The position numbers were made by a program, and so were the translations under genes. Under the pieces are notes generated by a model that did no database searches, was not told the DNA's origin, and saw nothing but the letters and a program-made list of their open reading frames with translations. 38,933 nucleotides of DNA, taken from positions 1 through 38,933 of IMG/VR virus record IMGVR_UViG_3300021399_000041. One strand, 5' to 3'. This stretch comes from a virus. Positions 9,071-17,546 of the stretch are shown here, piece by piece. Positions within the stretch are counted from its first letter, which is position 1, and the number at the start of each line of letters is the position of its first letter.

Positions 9071-12000
9071 TACGGTTTCTTAGCTTGTTTCTTGTAGTTC
9101 TCCATAAGCAGATATAACGTACTGCCACGCAGCGCGCCTATAATGCGCTTACCGTCAAAGCTGCCACGTAGCATGTCGCTGTTTATGGCGTTCCACAAAC
9201 GTTTCTGCTGACTGCCGTTTAATATCATTTCGCCAGCATTGACCCGCGCCAGCTGCAAATCATTAATGCTGCTGCCGCCCTGCACCACGCCACCGCCTGC
9301 AAACTTAGGAATAGCAGCCATTAAGCCCAGCACGGCACTGATAGCAGCGGCCACGGCCAGCAGATTAGCCGGGAATGGTAATTTAGCGGCACTGGCTCCG
9401 GCTGAAGACGCTGCACTGGCAGTATTTGCGGCTACGTCTGTAGTAGCCTTTGCCACGGTTGCCGCACCTGCTGCTTGGTCGCTGGCTATAGCCTGCGTGT
9501 TGGCGGCTACCTTTTGCGCGGCTGTCGTCTGTGTCATTGCAGCTTCAGCGGCCTGCGCTTTCTGTAAAGTCTCGCTGGCTTCAGTCCATGCGTTCACCGC
9601 GTCAATAATACGCAAAAAGCCGTCTACCGTCTGCGTCATGGAGTTCCAAATGGCGGCTATCTTTTCCCACGGGCTTGCGTCTTCGTCGGAAAGTGTATCT
9701 GCTAAACCAGTCCACGCGCTTACGATTGTGTTTGTGCTGCTGGCTAAGTCTTTTACGCTATTCCATTCAGTCTTCGCTAAGTCCTTTTGCAGTGCCTTAA
9801 CGTCTTCGCGTACCTTTGCCAGCTTCAAAGCCTCATCCAAAGACGTGACTTTCTTCATTTGGTCTTCTATCTCTGCCGTCATGTCGCTGGCCAAAGACTT
9901 CATTTCTGCCAGCCGCTTCTTAGCTTGTTCAAGCTGGTATTCTATTTCAGTCTTCGCTATTTCGTCGGCTGTCAGCTTGTAGTCAAATGTTTTGTCACGT
10001 CCGGGCTGTTTGGCCAGTTCTGCGTTCATGGCTCCCACTTCCAAAGCCTTACGGTATTTCTGTATGACTTGTATAGTGTGCTTCTGTTCGTCTGTCAGCC
10101 CGTCGATGGCGGCGGCTTGGTCTATGAAGCGCGTCTGTGCTGCCAGTACCGCTTTGGCGTAGCTTTCTTCTGTCAGCACGCCGTTAGCTTTCTTTCTGTC
10201 AGCTTCGGCTATGGTTTCCTTATAGCGCGCTTCAGCGTCTGCCAGTTCGCGCGCGGCTTTGGCTGACTTGTCGGCTTTTACTGCTGCTTCCAGCTTCTTA
10301 GCAAATGCAGATTCGCGCGCGGCTACGTCGTCGCTACTGCGAAGCCTTAACAGCGTTTCTTCATTCAGCCGGGAAAGCTGCTGCTGGTATTCGTTTTCCG
10401 TAACCAGTTCCAGCCGCTTCTTTTCGTCAAGTTCACGCAGACTGCGCGTATAGTCTTCTTGCGCTTTCTGTAGGTCGGTTTTTTGTTTGTTGCCGCCACC
10501 GTCGCCGCCAGTACCACCGCCACCGCCACCAGTGCCCCCGGTTCCACTGGTAACTACTACGGCGTTCATTTCCTTTGTCTTATCCTCGATATAGTTGTTT
10601 AGCGTCGTCACGTTGGCTTGCAGCTTTGCCCACTTAGCCTTAAACGCTCTGTAGCCGCTTGGGGATGCTCCAGCCTCGCGTATAGCGTCGTTTTCAGACA
10701 TACCCATAACGCGCTCGTTAAAGTATGCAGCAGACACACCTTTGCTGGCGTTCTTTTCAAAGTCTGACAGCTGCATTTCCGCGTCTGCCAGCTTCGTACT
10801 GGCGGCTTGTATCTGTGCTGCCAGCTTCAGCTTTTTGCAGTAAGCGTCCAGCGCGTTAGTATTGTCGTTTATCAGTTTACCCTCTTGTGTTAGGCTGGCG
10901 TGATAGTCAGGCACTATTTTCTGTAAGTCCGCTATAGCCTGCTGGCGGTTCTTGATGGCCTGCGTATTGTCGTGTACTATCTTAGACAGCGCGGCTATTT
11001 TGGCGCGTTGCTCGTTTTCGCTATTTGTAGCTTCTTTCTCTATGTCCTTGATAACGTCACGCGCTCCGGCGGCTTCGCGTATCAGTGAAGAAATTTTGCT
11101 GATAACTTCCACTATTACGGTCATAAGCAGCATAGGCCAAACGGTACTCCATATAGTCTTCATGGCTGCTGCTGCTGTCGTAGCGGCTGCTTTTATCTTT
11201 ATCATGGCCAGCTGCCACCCGGTAGCACTCTTAACGGCTGCTGCCTGCGCGTCCGCTGCTTTAGCGGCTTCAGTGGCTTTCGTTACGGCCAGTTCGTTGG
11301 CTTTCAGCTGCCGCTTCTTTGCTTCCAGCTGTACTTCGATGGCTAAACGCTGGTCTGCACTGGCCTTTTCCAGCTGTGCTTCCAGTGACTTGATTTGTTT
11401 TCGCAGTGTCAGCCCGGCGCGCTCTAAGGTATTTACCTTTGCGTGTGCTGCCTGCGCTTGTGCTGCCATTGTCATAAACGCAGTACCGCCAGCAGCCTGC
11501 CACTGCCGGAAATACTGGATAACCTTAACGCCTGCGAATATGGCCAGTATCTTAGCGGCCAGTGTGCCTAAATTCTCTGTGAAATATCGTATGAATCCAG
11601 TAAGTGCTTCGATAGGTGCAACAAATAGATTTTCGCCGCCTTGAAAGATTTTGATTTGAAACGCTTCCCATGCAGACGACAAAGAAGCCAGCGCGTTTTC
11701 CATGCGCCCGCTGCCTTGCTCAAACATTCTTTCTGTCTCGCCGTAGCTGCTTGCCAGCGTGTCGTTAAGTTCTATAAACTTTTCGTAGTTGTTAATCAAA
11801 GCAGCTGCACCGCTGAAAGCACGCCGCCCGAATACGTCTGCTAAGTCTTGGTTATTCTTACCTATTCCGCTTTCGTATAGCTTCTTTAATGTGCCTGCCA
11901 GCCCGTCTACTTCTACGGTCTGCTGGTTGATTTCCAGCCCGTATTTCTTCAGTGCTGCTGCTCCTTTGTCGCTTTCAGTAGAAAGCCCCATAAAGACTTG

Positions 12001-12663
12001 TTTCAAAGCCGTGCCAGCGTCCGCGCCCTTGATGCCTACGTTTGCCAGTGTACCCAGCGCGGCGTTAGTTTCTTGGATGCCTACACCGCAGTTCTTAGCC
12101 AGTGGCGCGGCGTTCTTTACGGCCTCTGCCAGTTCCAGTACGTTAGTGGCACTATGCGCGGCTGTACTGGAAAGTATGTCATTCACTTTGCCTAACTCGT
12201 CTACGCTCATGCCAAAGCCGTTCATGGTATTAGTAGCCATGTCTGCCGCCTCTGCCAAACTGATGGCGTTAGCCTGCGCCAGCTGTAGCGTCTTAGACAA
12301 AGCGGCTGTAGCCTGCGTGGGTGTCAAGCCGTTACGTGTCAGATTCTCCAAAGCACTGGCGGCTTCGCTGGCCGTGTACTTCGTCGTACCGCCCAGCCGT
12401 TTGGCTTCCGCTTCCATTGCTTTGAAGTCTTCAGTGCTGGCGTTTGTAACGGCGCGCACTCTGGCCATGCCAGCTTCAAAGTCTTTTCCGGCGTTAATCA
12501 TGCTACGCCCGAATTCCGTTATACCCAAACCGATGCCCAGCCCGCCTAACGTGCTTGTGATGGTACTACGCAGTTTCTTGAAATACCCCTCTACTTCAGT
12601 CACTCCGTGCTTAATTCCCTGCGTTAGCAGATTCAGCGCGATAGAAAAGTTAAGTTTTGCCAT
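9070..12663 (-). CDS. Tail tape measure protein
   Basis: 1197 aa. The N-terminal region (NASTEDFKAMEAEAKRLGGTTKYTASEAASALENLTRNGL...) resembles the TP901-family tape-measure core. Long coiled coils and a Gly-rich run. Position is after the chaperone. Confidence 0.9.
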   Translation of the reverse strand: MAKLNFSIALNLLTQGIKHGVTEVEGYFKKLRSTITSTLGGLGIGLGITEFGRSMINAGKDFEAGMARVRAVTNASTEDFKAMEAEAKRLGGTTKYTASEAASALENLTRNGLTPTQATAALSKTLQLAQANAISLAEAADMATNTMNGFGMSVDELGKVNDILSSTAAHSATNVLELAEAVKNAAPLAKNCGVGIQETNAALGTLANVGIKGADAGTALKQVFMGLSTESDKGAAALKKYGLEINQQTVEVDGLAGTLKKLYESGIGKNNQDLADVFGRRAFSGAAALINNYEKFIELNDTLASSYGETERMFEQGSGRMENALASLSSAWEAFQIKIFQGGENLFVAPIEALTGFIRYFTENLGTLAAKILAIFAGVKVIQYFRQWQAAGGTAFMTMAAQAQAAHAKVNTLERAGLTLRKQIKSLEAQLEKASADQRLAIEVQLEAKKRQLKANELAVTKATEAAKAADAQAAAVKSATGWQLAMIKIKAAATTAAAAMKTIWSTVWPMLLMTVIVEVISKISSLIREAAGARDVIKDIEKEATNSENEQRAKIAALSKIVHDNTQAIKNRQQAIADLQKIVPDYHASLTQEGKLINDNTNALDAYCKKLKLAAQIQAASTKLADAEMQLSDFEKNASKGVSAAYFNERVMGMSENDAIREAGASPSGYRAFKAKWAKLQANVTTLNNYIEDKTKEMNAVVVTSGTGGTGGGGGGTGGDGGGNKQKTDLQKAQEDYTRSLRELDEKKRLELVTENEYQQQLSRLNEETLLRLRSSDDVAARESAFAKKLEAAVKADKSAKAARELADAEARYKETIAEADRKKANGVLTEESYAKAVLAAQTRFIDQAAAIDGLTDEQKHTIQVIQKYRKALEVGAMNAELAKQPGRDKTFDYKLTADEIAKTEIEYQLEQAKKRLAEMKSLASDMTAEIEDQMKKVTSLDEALKLAKVREDVKALQKDLAKTEWNSVKDLASSTNTIVSAWTGLADTLSDEDASPWEKIAAIWNSMTQTVDGFLRIIDAVNAWTEASETLQKAQAAEAAMTQTTAAQKVAANTQAIASDQAAGAATVAKATTDVAANTASAASSAGASAAKLPFPANLLAVAAAISAVLGLMAAIPKFAGGGVVQGGSSINDLQLARVNAGEMILNGSQQKRLWNAINSDMLRGSFDGKRIIGALRGSTLYLLMENYKKQAKKP

Positions 12664-12669
12664 ATTGAA

Positions 12670-13242
12670 TTATACTTTAGTCTTGAATAATGCTGCTGCC
12701 ATTTTCTTTTCCATGTCTGTGATGATTTCGCTTTCCAGTGGTGCTTCCCACGCAAACGGTAGAAATTCTTTGGCGTTGTGTACTTTGTTCTTGTCTAAGT
12801 ACGGCGATAGTTGCAGATAAGCCCAAAAACGGCTGCTTTCCCATGTCTTTTGTTCGTGCTGACATGCGGCGCGCGTCAGCCAGCCCAAATCTTCCAGCCC
12901 GCGCGAAAGCAGAAAATTACCGTCTATGCCGTTAGTGATAAGCTGGCCGCATATATCCGTAATGCTGTCGTCGTTCTTTTCGTCGTCAGCCTCAACACGG
13001 CGCGCATTGAATTGTGCTATATATCGGAATTCCAGCGCGGCGCGGCGTGCCACGCTTTCAAGTTCTTTCGTCTCTTTGGCCAGCAGCAAAGCGTCTTTGT
13101 ATTCTGCCAGCGTCCATTTACGGCGGTCTTCATACTGCACATAGCCCAAAGCGGCCATGTCGTCTATACTGCTGCCGTCGTATTCTTGCAGCTTCTTACC
13201 CGTCAGCTGCTCCCACTCTATGATATTCGCTAAAGTAAGCAT
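12670..13242 (-). CDS. Putative tail assembly chaperone
   Basis: 190-aa ORF between the major tail protein and tape measure genes (positional). No convincing slippery site or extension frame was found. Confidence 0.5.
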   Translation of the reverse strand: MLTLANIIEWEQLTGKKLQEYDGSSIDDMAALGYVQYEDRRKWTLAEYKDALLLAKETKELESVARRAALEFRYIAQFNARRVEADDEKNDDSITDICGQLITNGIDGNFLLSRGLEDLGWLTRAACQHEQKTWESSRFWAYLQLSPYLDKNKVHNAKEFLPFAWEAPLESEIITDMEKKMAAALFKTKV

Positions 13243-13278
13243 AAAAAAGAAAAAAGCCAGCCAGTTACCCGGCTGGCT
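13243..13278 (-). terminator. Rho-independent terminator/attenuator after the major tail protein gene
   Basis: Minus-sense AGCCAGCC-gggtaact-GGCTGGCT followed by TTTTTCTTTTTT (plus strand A-tract at 13243-13254), immediately before the ATG at 13242. Confidence 0.65.
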
Positions 13279-13318
13279 CCCTAACCTAAAACTAACTACT
13301 GATTATGTCAAACAACCG

Positions 13319-13780
13319 TTATTCGCCCTCTGACTTCAGCGCGCCAGTACCCTGCATATTGCACTGGAATTTAATCAAGTTTCCGGCCTCACTGGTCACG
13401 GTGCAACCAGTGATGTGTGCCTTACCCGTCCAGCCTTTGCTTCCTTTGGTTACGTCCACGCCGCCCTCTGCGTTGTCGGTAATGGTACACTTACCAAACC
13501 AAATAGTAAGCGTCTGCCCGTTAATCTGCTTTGCCAGCAGTTCGTCGGCACTAAGCGCGCCCTGCTTCTGCGTGACAAACGACTGGCCGTTAAGTGTCCA
13601 GCCTTTCTTACCGGGTAGACTACTTTCCCAGCCACCGTCTAACTGGTTGCTGGTGTCTACCATGTTAGTGTTAAGTGCAAGTTCTGTACTTGTGGAAAAC
13701 GCAAACAGCGTGCTATCCACGTAAATCAGCATTTGACCCTGCATGATGTCAGATGCGCTGTCGTATGCTCCTGCTGCCAT
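13319..13780 (-). CDS. Major tail protein
   Basis: 153-aa ORF in the canonical position, followed by a terminator hairpin. Size and composition are typical of TP901-1/phi13-type tail tube proteins. Confidence 0.7.
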   Translation of the reverse strand: MAAGAYDSASDIMQGQMLIYVDSTLFAFSTSTELALNTNMVDTSNQLDGGWESSLPGKKGWTLNGQSFVTQKQGALSADELLAKQINGQTLTIWFGKCTITDNAEGGVDVTKGSKGWTGKAHITGCTVTSEAGNLIKFQCNMQGTGALKSEGE

Positions 13781-13815
13781 AATTTGAAAATGTTTAATTT
13801 GTTAATAACTATGAT

Positions 13816-14220
13816 TTATTTTTGAAGTGTTCCAAATGTCAAAGTGAAAGCCTGCACGTAGACGGCTTCGCCAGTGTCCTTAAACTCTGCTGCCACGTCT
13901 TCCACGCAGTCGGCTATGAATATTTCCACGCCGCTGTTACGCATAACGCGCACGGTATCTTCTACGGCTTCGGCCATGTCTAAAGTTTCGTCGTAGTCGG
14001 TGCTGTAGCAGTTTACCAGCACTTCGGCCACATTGTCTACTTTTCCCATTTGCGTTAGCGTAGGTTCGTAGCCGTCGCGTCCATATAGTATGTAGCTGCC
14101 AGTAGTGCCTTTGGCGGCGCGTAGTGGCATTATCTGCTGGCCTACTATTGCCGTCAGTGCTTCGTTTTGAAGTAGCGCGTCACGTATCACCGCGCCTGCA
14201 CGTATATTTGACTTTGCCAT
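13816..14220 (-). CDS. Tail completion / tail terminator-like protein
   Basis: 134-aa ORF between the gp10-like gene and the major tail gene (positional; DUF3168-like N-terminus). Confidence 0.55.
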   Translation of the reverse strand: MAKSNIRAGAVIRDALLQNEALTAIVGQQIMPLRAAKGTTGSYILYGRDGYEPTLTQMGKVDNVAEVLVNCYSTDYDETLDMAEAVEDTVRVMRNSGVEIFIADCVEDVAAEFKDTGEAVYVQAFTLTFGTLQK

Positions 14221-14228
14221 ATTCTCGT

Positions 14229-14268
14229 TTTATATTACTGGCGTGTGCTTTACTTTTGCCCCCTCGAT
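14229..14268 (-). promoter_or_regulatory. Late-gene bipartite repeat, copy B (CATCGAGGGGGCAAAA-N16-GTAATATAAA)
   Basis: Plus strand has tttgccccctcgat at 14255-14268, 1 nt after the upstream stop, and tttatattac at 14229-14238. ATG at 14220. Confidence 0.6.
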
Positions 14269-14269
14269 G

Positions 14270-14800
14270 TTATTTTGACAGCCTGCGCGTGGCTGCTTTC
14301 TCTATTCCCTCGATAACGTAGCCCAAAGCTGTGCCAGTGTCTTGTTCGCGCGTCTCACTCCAGTAGCGTAACGATGGCATTTCGCCACGATTTAAGCCGC
14401 TGTGTGTCTCACGCTTTTGGGTTCCTAAGTCTACTAAGTGGCTGTGCGCACCCTCTGGCCGTTTGAAGCCTACCAGCGCACCAGTACGGCTTTTCTTCAG
14501 CCTCACCACGAAAGACTTCAGTAAATTGCCGGGCTGTCTGCCAGCTTCACGGCGTTTGTGCGCTTTGTCTGTCTTCAGTCCTTTACGCAGACGCTTACGG
14601 CCTTGTCTGACTAAGTAAGTACCGCCAGCGCGTAGCCCGGCTTGCACGGCTTTGTCTCGCTCGATTTCTGCCAGCTGTTGCAAAGCAGCGTCTATGTGTT
14701 CGATGCCGCTATACTCCACGCTGATGCCGTCGGCTACCTTGCCACCAGTGCCAGCGTTACCGCTTCCGGGCTTACCAAAATATTCTGTCAGCCTACCCAT
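14270..14800 (-). CDS. HK97 gp10-family head-tail joining protein
   Basis: 176 aa; GIEHIDAALQQLAEIERDKAVQAGLRAGGTYLVRQGRKRL resembles the HK97 gp10 family; position after the head closure gene. Confidence 0.65.
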   Translation of the reverse strand: MGRLTEYFGKPGSGNAGTGGKVADGISVEYSGIEHIDAALQQLAEIERDKAVQAGLRAGGTYLVRQGRKRLRKGLKTDKAHKRREAGRQPGNLLKSFVVRLKKSRTGALVGFKRPEGAHSHLVDLGTQKRETHSGLNRGEMPSLRYWSETREQDTGTALGYVIEGIEKAATRRLSK

Positions 14801-14802
14801 GC

Positions 14803-15120
14803 TTATTTCTGAATCTGCTGGCCAGTCAGTTCTAACGACTTATCCGCGCGCTGTCTGATGGTCTGCGTAATATGGTAGTCTTCGCCGTCGTAGTTAAAGC
14901 TGGTAGCACCACGCAGCCGCGCGTCGTCACGCAGCTGTAGCGTTACTTGGCCTTGCAGCTGTTCTTCGTTGGCAGCTACGGCGGCTTTCTCGCGCTTGTT
15001 GATACGATGGCAGCGCACGCGCGCCAGTTCCACGGTCTCGCGCTTCACAAAGCCAGTAGTGCTTTGCGTCTGTTGCTCTCCGTAGATAGTGCAAAATTCG
15101 TCTAATAGTCCGGCACGCAT
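14803..15120 (-). CDS. Head closure / head-tail adaptor protein
   Basis: 105-aa ORF, position and size typical (SPP1 gp16-like). Confidence 0.6.
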   Translation of the reverse strand: MRAGLLDEFCTIYGEQQTQSTTGFVKRETVELARVRCHRINKREKAAVAANEEQLQGQVTLQLRDDARLRGATSFNYDGEDYHITQTIRQRADKSLELTGQQIQK

Positions 15121-15123
15121 AAC

Positions 15124-15429
15124 TTAACGGTATTTGATGTATGGTGTTACCAGCGACATAAGATTATACGGCACTGGCGTAGGCTGGCCGCTAAACGCCA
15201 CGCCCTCACGGTTCGCATAAAGCCCGGCTCCAAAGATAAGTATAGCCTGCTTTAAGTCCTTTGGCAGCGCGCCGTTATTCTTTGCGGCTATGTCAGTAAG
15301 CGGCTGCTGTACGGTCTTTTCAAGCCATGATTCAGCAGCGTCTAACATTTCACGCAGTCGCTTGTCGTCTTCGTTGTGCTGTACGTTGCACTGCTCTTTC
15401 AAGTCTTCCAGTGTTGCAAAAGTTGCCAT
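15124..15429 (-). CDS. Head-tail connector (gp6-like, DNA-packaging) protein
   Basis: 101 aa; LEDLKEQCNVQHNEDDKRLREMLDAAESWLEKTV matches the gp6-like connector signature; directly after the capsid gene. Confidence 0.7.
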   Translation of the reverse strand: MATFATLEDLKEQCNVQHNEDDKRLREMLDAAESWLEKTVQQPLTDIAAKNNGALPKDLKQAILIFGAGLYANREGVAFSGQPTPVPYNLMSLVTPYIKYR

Positions 15430-15450
15430 GATAGTGTCGTTTTAAGTGAA

Positions 15451-15484
15451 GCGGCTGGCCAGCCTCAACGTGCCAGCCAGCCGC
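15451..15484 (-). terminator. GC-rich hairpin after the major capsid gene (possible attenuator)
   Basis: gcggctggc ... gccagccgc forms a 9-bp stem. It contains the palindrome ggctggccagcc and one AGCCTCAAC copy in the loop. There is no clear U-tract. Confidence 0.35.
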
Positions 15485-15512
15485 CTGCTGATGATAGAAA
15501 GAATTCAAAGCC

Positions 15513-16739
15513 TTACTTCTTTGTGATGTAGGCAAATGCCTCTGCACGCAGTGCTTTCAAGTCCATGTAGCCGTTCAGCACAAACCATGTCATGCCCTGC
15601 TTCATAGCGTCCTTACTGGTTGAATCAAAGCCCAAACTCTGCTGGCCAAAGAAGCCGCAAACGTCATAGCTAAAGATACCAAAGCCCAGCTTATTAGCGT
15701 CGAAGTCGGTAGTATAGAATACGGGTGTACCGTCTATCTTACCGTCCTGCAATACCATAAGGCCGCTACCAGCGTCGCGTGGCGTGGTTGCCAGTTCTGC
15801 GTAGGTCTCCGGCGTACATACATAGCAGCCGAATTCAGCACCCAGCACACCCTTACCGATAACAGCATACTTCAGTGCTACGGCTTCGGCGTAGGTAATC
15901 TTTGTAGCAGCGGCGTTGATGTTGGCGCAGCCTACAAATGGGCCAGTCGGGAAAGTAGCGGCCTGCCCTACCTGCGTAGTGCTGAAAGTAACCTTGTTAA
16001 TCAGATTAGCCACACCCATAGACATGGCGTTAATGATGATGCTACGCAGTCCTACGGCTTGAATCATAGCGAGATTAGACACGGGAATGCTGATGCTGTA
16101 ACGCTTTGGTTCCGGCGTAATTTTGCTGAAGTCCAGCTTGCTGTCGGTTACTTCCACGTTCTCACCTAAGAAAGTAGCCTCAACACCACTAACCACGGGG
16201 AAATTCCACTGGCCTTCGATTCCGTGCTGCATACGCAAACCTACTTTGTCGTAGATAAGCAGATGCGAAAGCGGCTCGATAATATCCTGCATAGTGATAG
16301 GCACTACCGGGGTAACGGTGTTAAGCGACTGGATAGCTGGCGTACCGCCGTCACGCTGCAAAATGCGTGTAGCTTCTGCGTCGCTGGCCGGGATAATCAT
16401 TTGGTTTGGGTCTTCTGTAGCACGCAGATAAGCGTACTTGTCAGGCAGTCCGCGCAAACTGCGCATAGATGCGAGAATTTCAGAAGTGGCCAGCTCTCTG
16501 TCGGCGCGCTCCTGCACGGGTTCGTAGTCGGGTGCTTCCAGCACGTCCAGCTGTACGCTGATTTGCTGGTTTGCAGTACGCAGATTCTCCATTTCTGTAG
16601 TCTCTTCGTCTGTCATAGCACGCTTTTCGGCTACCAGTTTGTCACTGATTTGCTGCATTTTCAGCTTGTTTGCTGCCAGCTGACTGCGCAAATTCTTTTC
16701 TTTGGCGCGTGTTTCCACGCTCTTAGTCTTTTTTGGCAT
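15513..16739 (-). CDS. Major capsid protein, HK97 family, with N-terminal coiled-coil delta domain
   Basis: 408 aa immediately downstream of the prohead protease. The N-terminal ~100 aa are a charged coiled coil (KLKMQQISDKLVAEKRAMTDEE...). Confidence 0.85.
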   Translation of the reverse strand: MPKKTKSVETRAKEKNLRSQLAANKLKMQQISDKLVAEKRAMTDEETTEMENLRTANQQISVQLDVLEAPDYEPVQERADRELATSEILASMRSLRGLPDKYAYLRATEDPNQMIIPASDAEATRILQRDGGTPAIQSLNTVTPVVPITMQDIIEPLSHLLIYDKVGLRMQHGIEGQWNFPVVSGVEATFLGENVEVTDSKLDFSKITPEPKRYSISIPVSNLAMIQAVGLRSIIINAMSMGVANLINKVTFSTTQVGQAATFPTGPFVGCANINAAATKITYAEAVALKYAVIGKGVLGAEFGCYVCTPETYAELATTPRDAGSGLMVLQDGKIDGTPVFYTTDFDANKLGFGIFSYDVCGFFGQQSLGFDSTSKDAMKQGMTWFVLNGYMDLKALRAEAFAYITKK

Positions 16740-16775
16740 AATTGTAACTTTATAAAGTTGGTGAATAATATAAGT

Positions 16776-17492
16776 TTAGTGTCTCATTTCGATGTCTAAC
16801 GCTTCTTTCAAAGCGGCGTTTGCAAGCTGACGGCTACGCCAGTATTTTTCTTCGCGCGTCTCGTCGTCTTCGTTGCCGTCGTCTTCGTCAGCTTCACCCA
16901 GCGCGCGCTTAATGGCGGCTTCCAGTTCTTTCATTTCTTCCGCGCGTGCTTCCACACTGCTGGCTGGATATGCCGGGCGCATTACTACGGCTACGTCCAG
17001 CAGTTTGTCGATGGTGTTCACCGTTCTAATAATCTGTTCTTTGCCGTTTTCGTCGGTCTCTTTGGTGTACGTCACATTACATTCGTCGTCTTTATTGACA
17101 TACATAAAGCTGCTGCCAGTAATATTTCCGCGCTTCACATGTTCGTACACAAAATTGCCGTCGGCTGTGTCCGGGCACTCAAAAGAATACTTTAGGCCAG
17201 TTTCGTCTATGGATAGTTCCAGCGTACCTTTGCCGTTAAGACTGCGTGCCAGCAGACGGCGGCTGTCATGCTCTACGGTAGCTATAACGTCGCTACGCTT
17301 CAGTAGGTCGTCGTTAATGGCCGTAGGCGCGATAATTTCTATAACACGCTTCCAAAGGTTCCAGTCAGTCACAAATACACTGCGCTGATTGAAAACGATA
17401 GCGTAGCCCTCTATGCGCCGGGTTCCCTCAACGGCACGCGGTTGAAAGTGTTCACCCTCAAAGGCTCTTGTAAATTTTCTCGTTTTACTCAT
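16776..17492 (-). CDS. Prohead maturation protease, HK97 family
   Basis: 238 aa; EGYAIVFNQRS...VIATVEHDSRRLLARS...GSSFMY pattern typical of S78/U35 prohead proteases; lies between the portal and capsid genes. Confidence 0.85.
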   Translation of the reverse strand: MSKTRKFTRAFEGEHFQPRAVEGTRRIEGYAIVFNQRSVFVTDWNLWKRVIEIIAPTAINDDLLKRSDVIATVEHDSRRLLARSLNGKGTLELSIDETGLKYSFECPDTADGNFVYEHVKRGNITGSSFMYVNKDDECNVTYTKETDENGKEQIIRTVNTIDKLLDVAVVMRPAYPASSVEARAEEMKELEAAIKRALGEADEDDGNEDDETREEKYWRSRQLANAALKEALDIEMRH

Positions 17493-17505
17493 TTTTATGC
17501 GTCGT

Positions 17506-17546
17506 TTTATAATTACGTCACTTATTCTGCATTTTGCCCCCTCGAT
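17506..17546 (-). promoter_or_regulatory. Late-gene bipartite repeat, copy C (CATCGAGGGGGCAAAA-N16-GTAATTATAAA)
   Basis: Plus strand has tttgccccctcgat at 17533-17546, inside the last codons of the portal gene (EASRGQNAE), and tttataattac at 17506-17516. ATG at 17492. Confidence 0.6.

Noticed and set aside
10495-10550. GC-rich triplet-like run in the tape measure gene (encodes GTGGTGGGGGGTGGDGGG) as a possible phase-variable repeat
   Set aside because: It is an imperfect run of mixed Gly/Thr codons rather than a true homopolymer or perfect microsatellite. A glycine-rich linker is an ordinary tape-measure feature.
9239-12820. Plus-strand ORFs inside the tape measure gene (9239..9982, 10952..11644, 11789..12820) and minus-strand ORF 8883..9128
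   Set aside because: They are shadow frames of a long coiled-coil gene. ORF 8883..9128 overlaps two well-supported genes and the intergenic repeat.
12677-12865. Programmed frameshift (G/GT-type) in the tail assembly chaperone using the overlapping 62-aa frame
   Set aside because: The alternative frame ends at almost the same place as the main ORF, so it adds no extension, and I found no convincing slippery heptamer.
14299-14312. Additional weak copies of the late-gene G-box (ATCGAGGGAATAG at ~14299-14312, ATCGAGGGCAACAG at ~20637-20650, GACATCGAAATGAG at ~16785-16798)
   Set aside because: They share only the ATCGA(G) prefix, lack the G5 run and lack the AT-rich element at 16-nt spacing. They may be degenerate relatives but were not counted.
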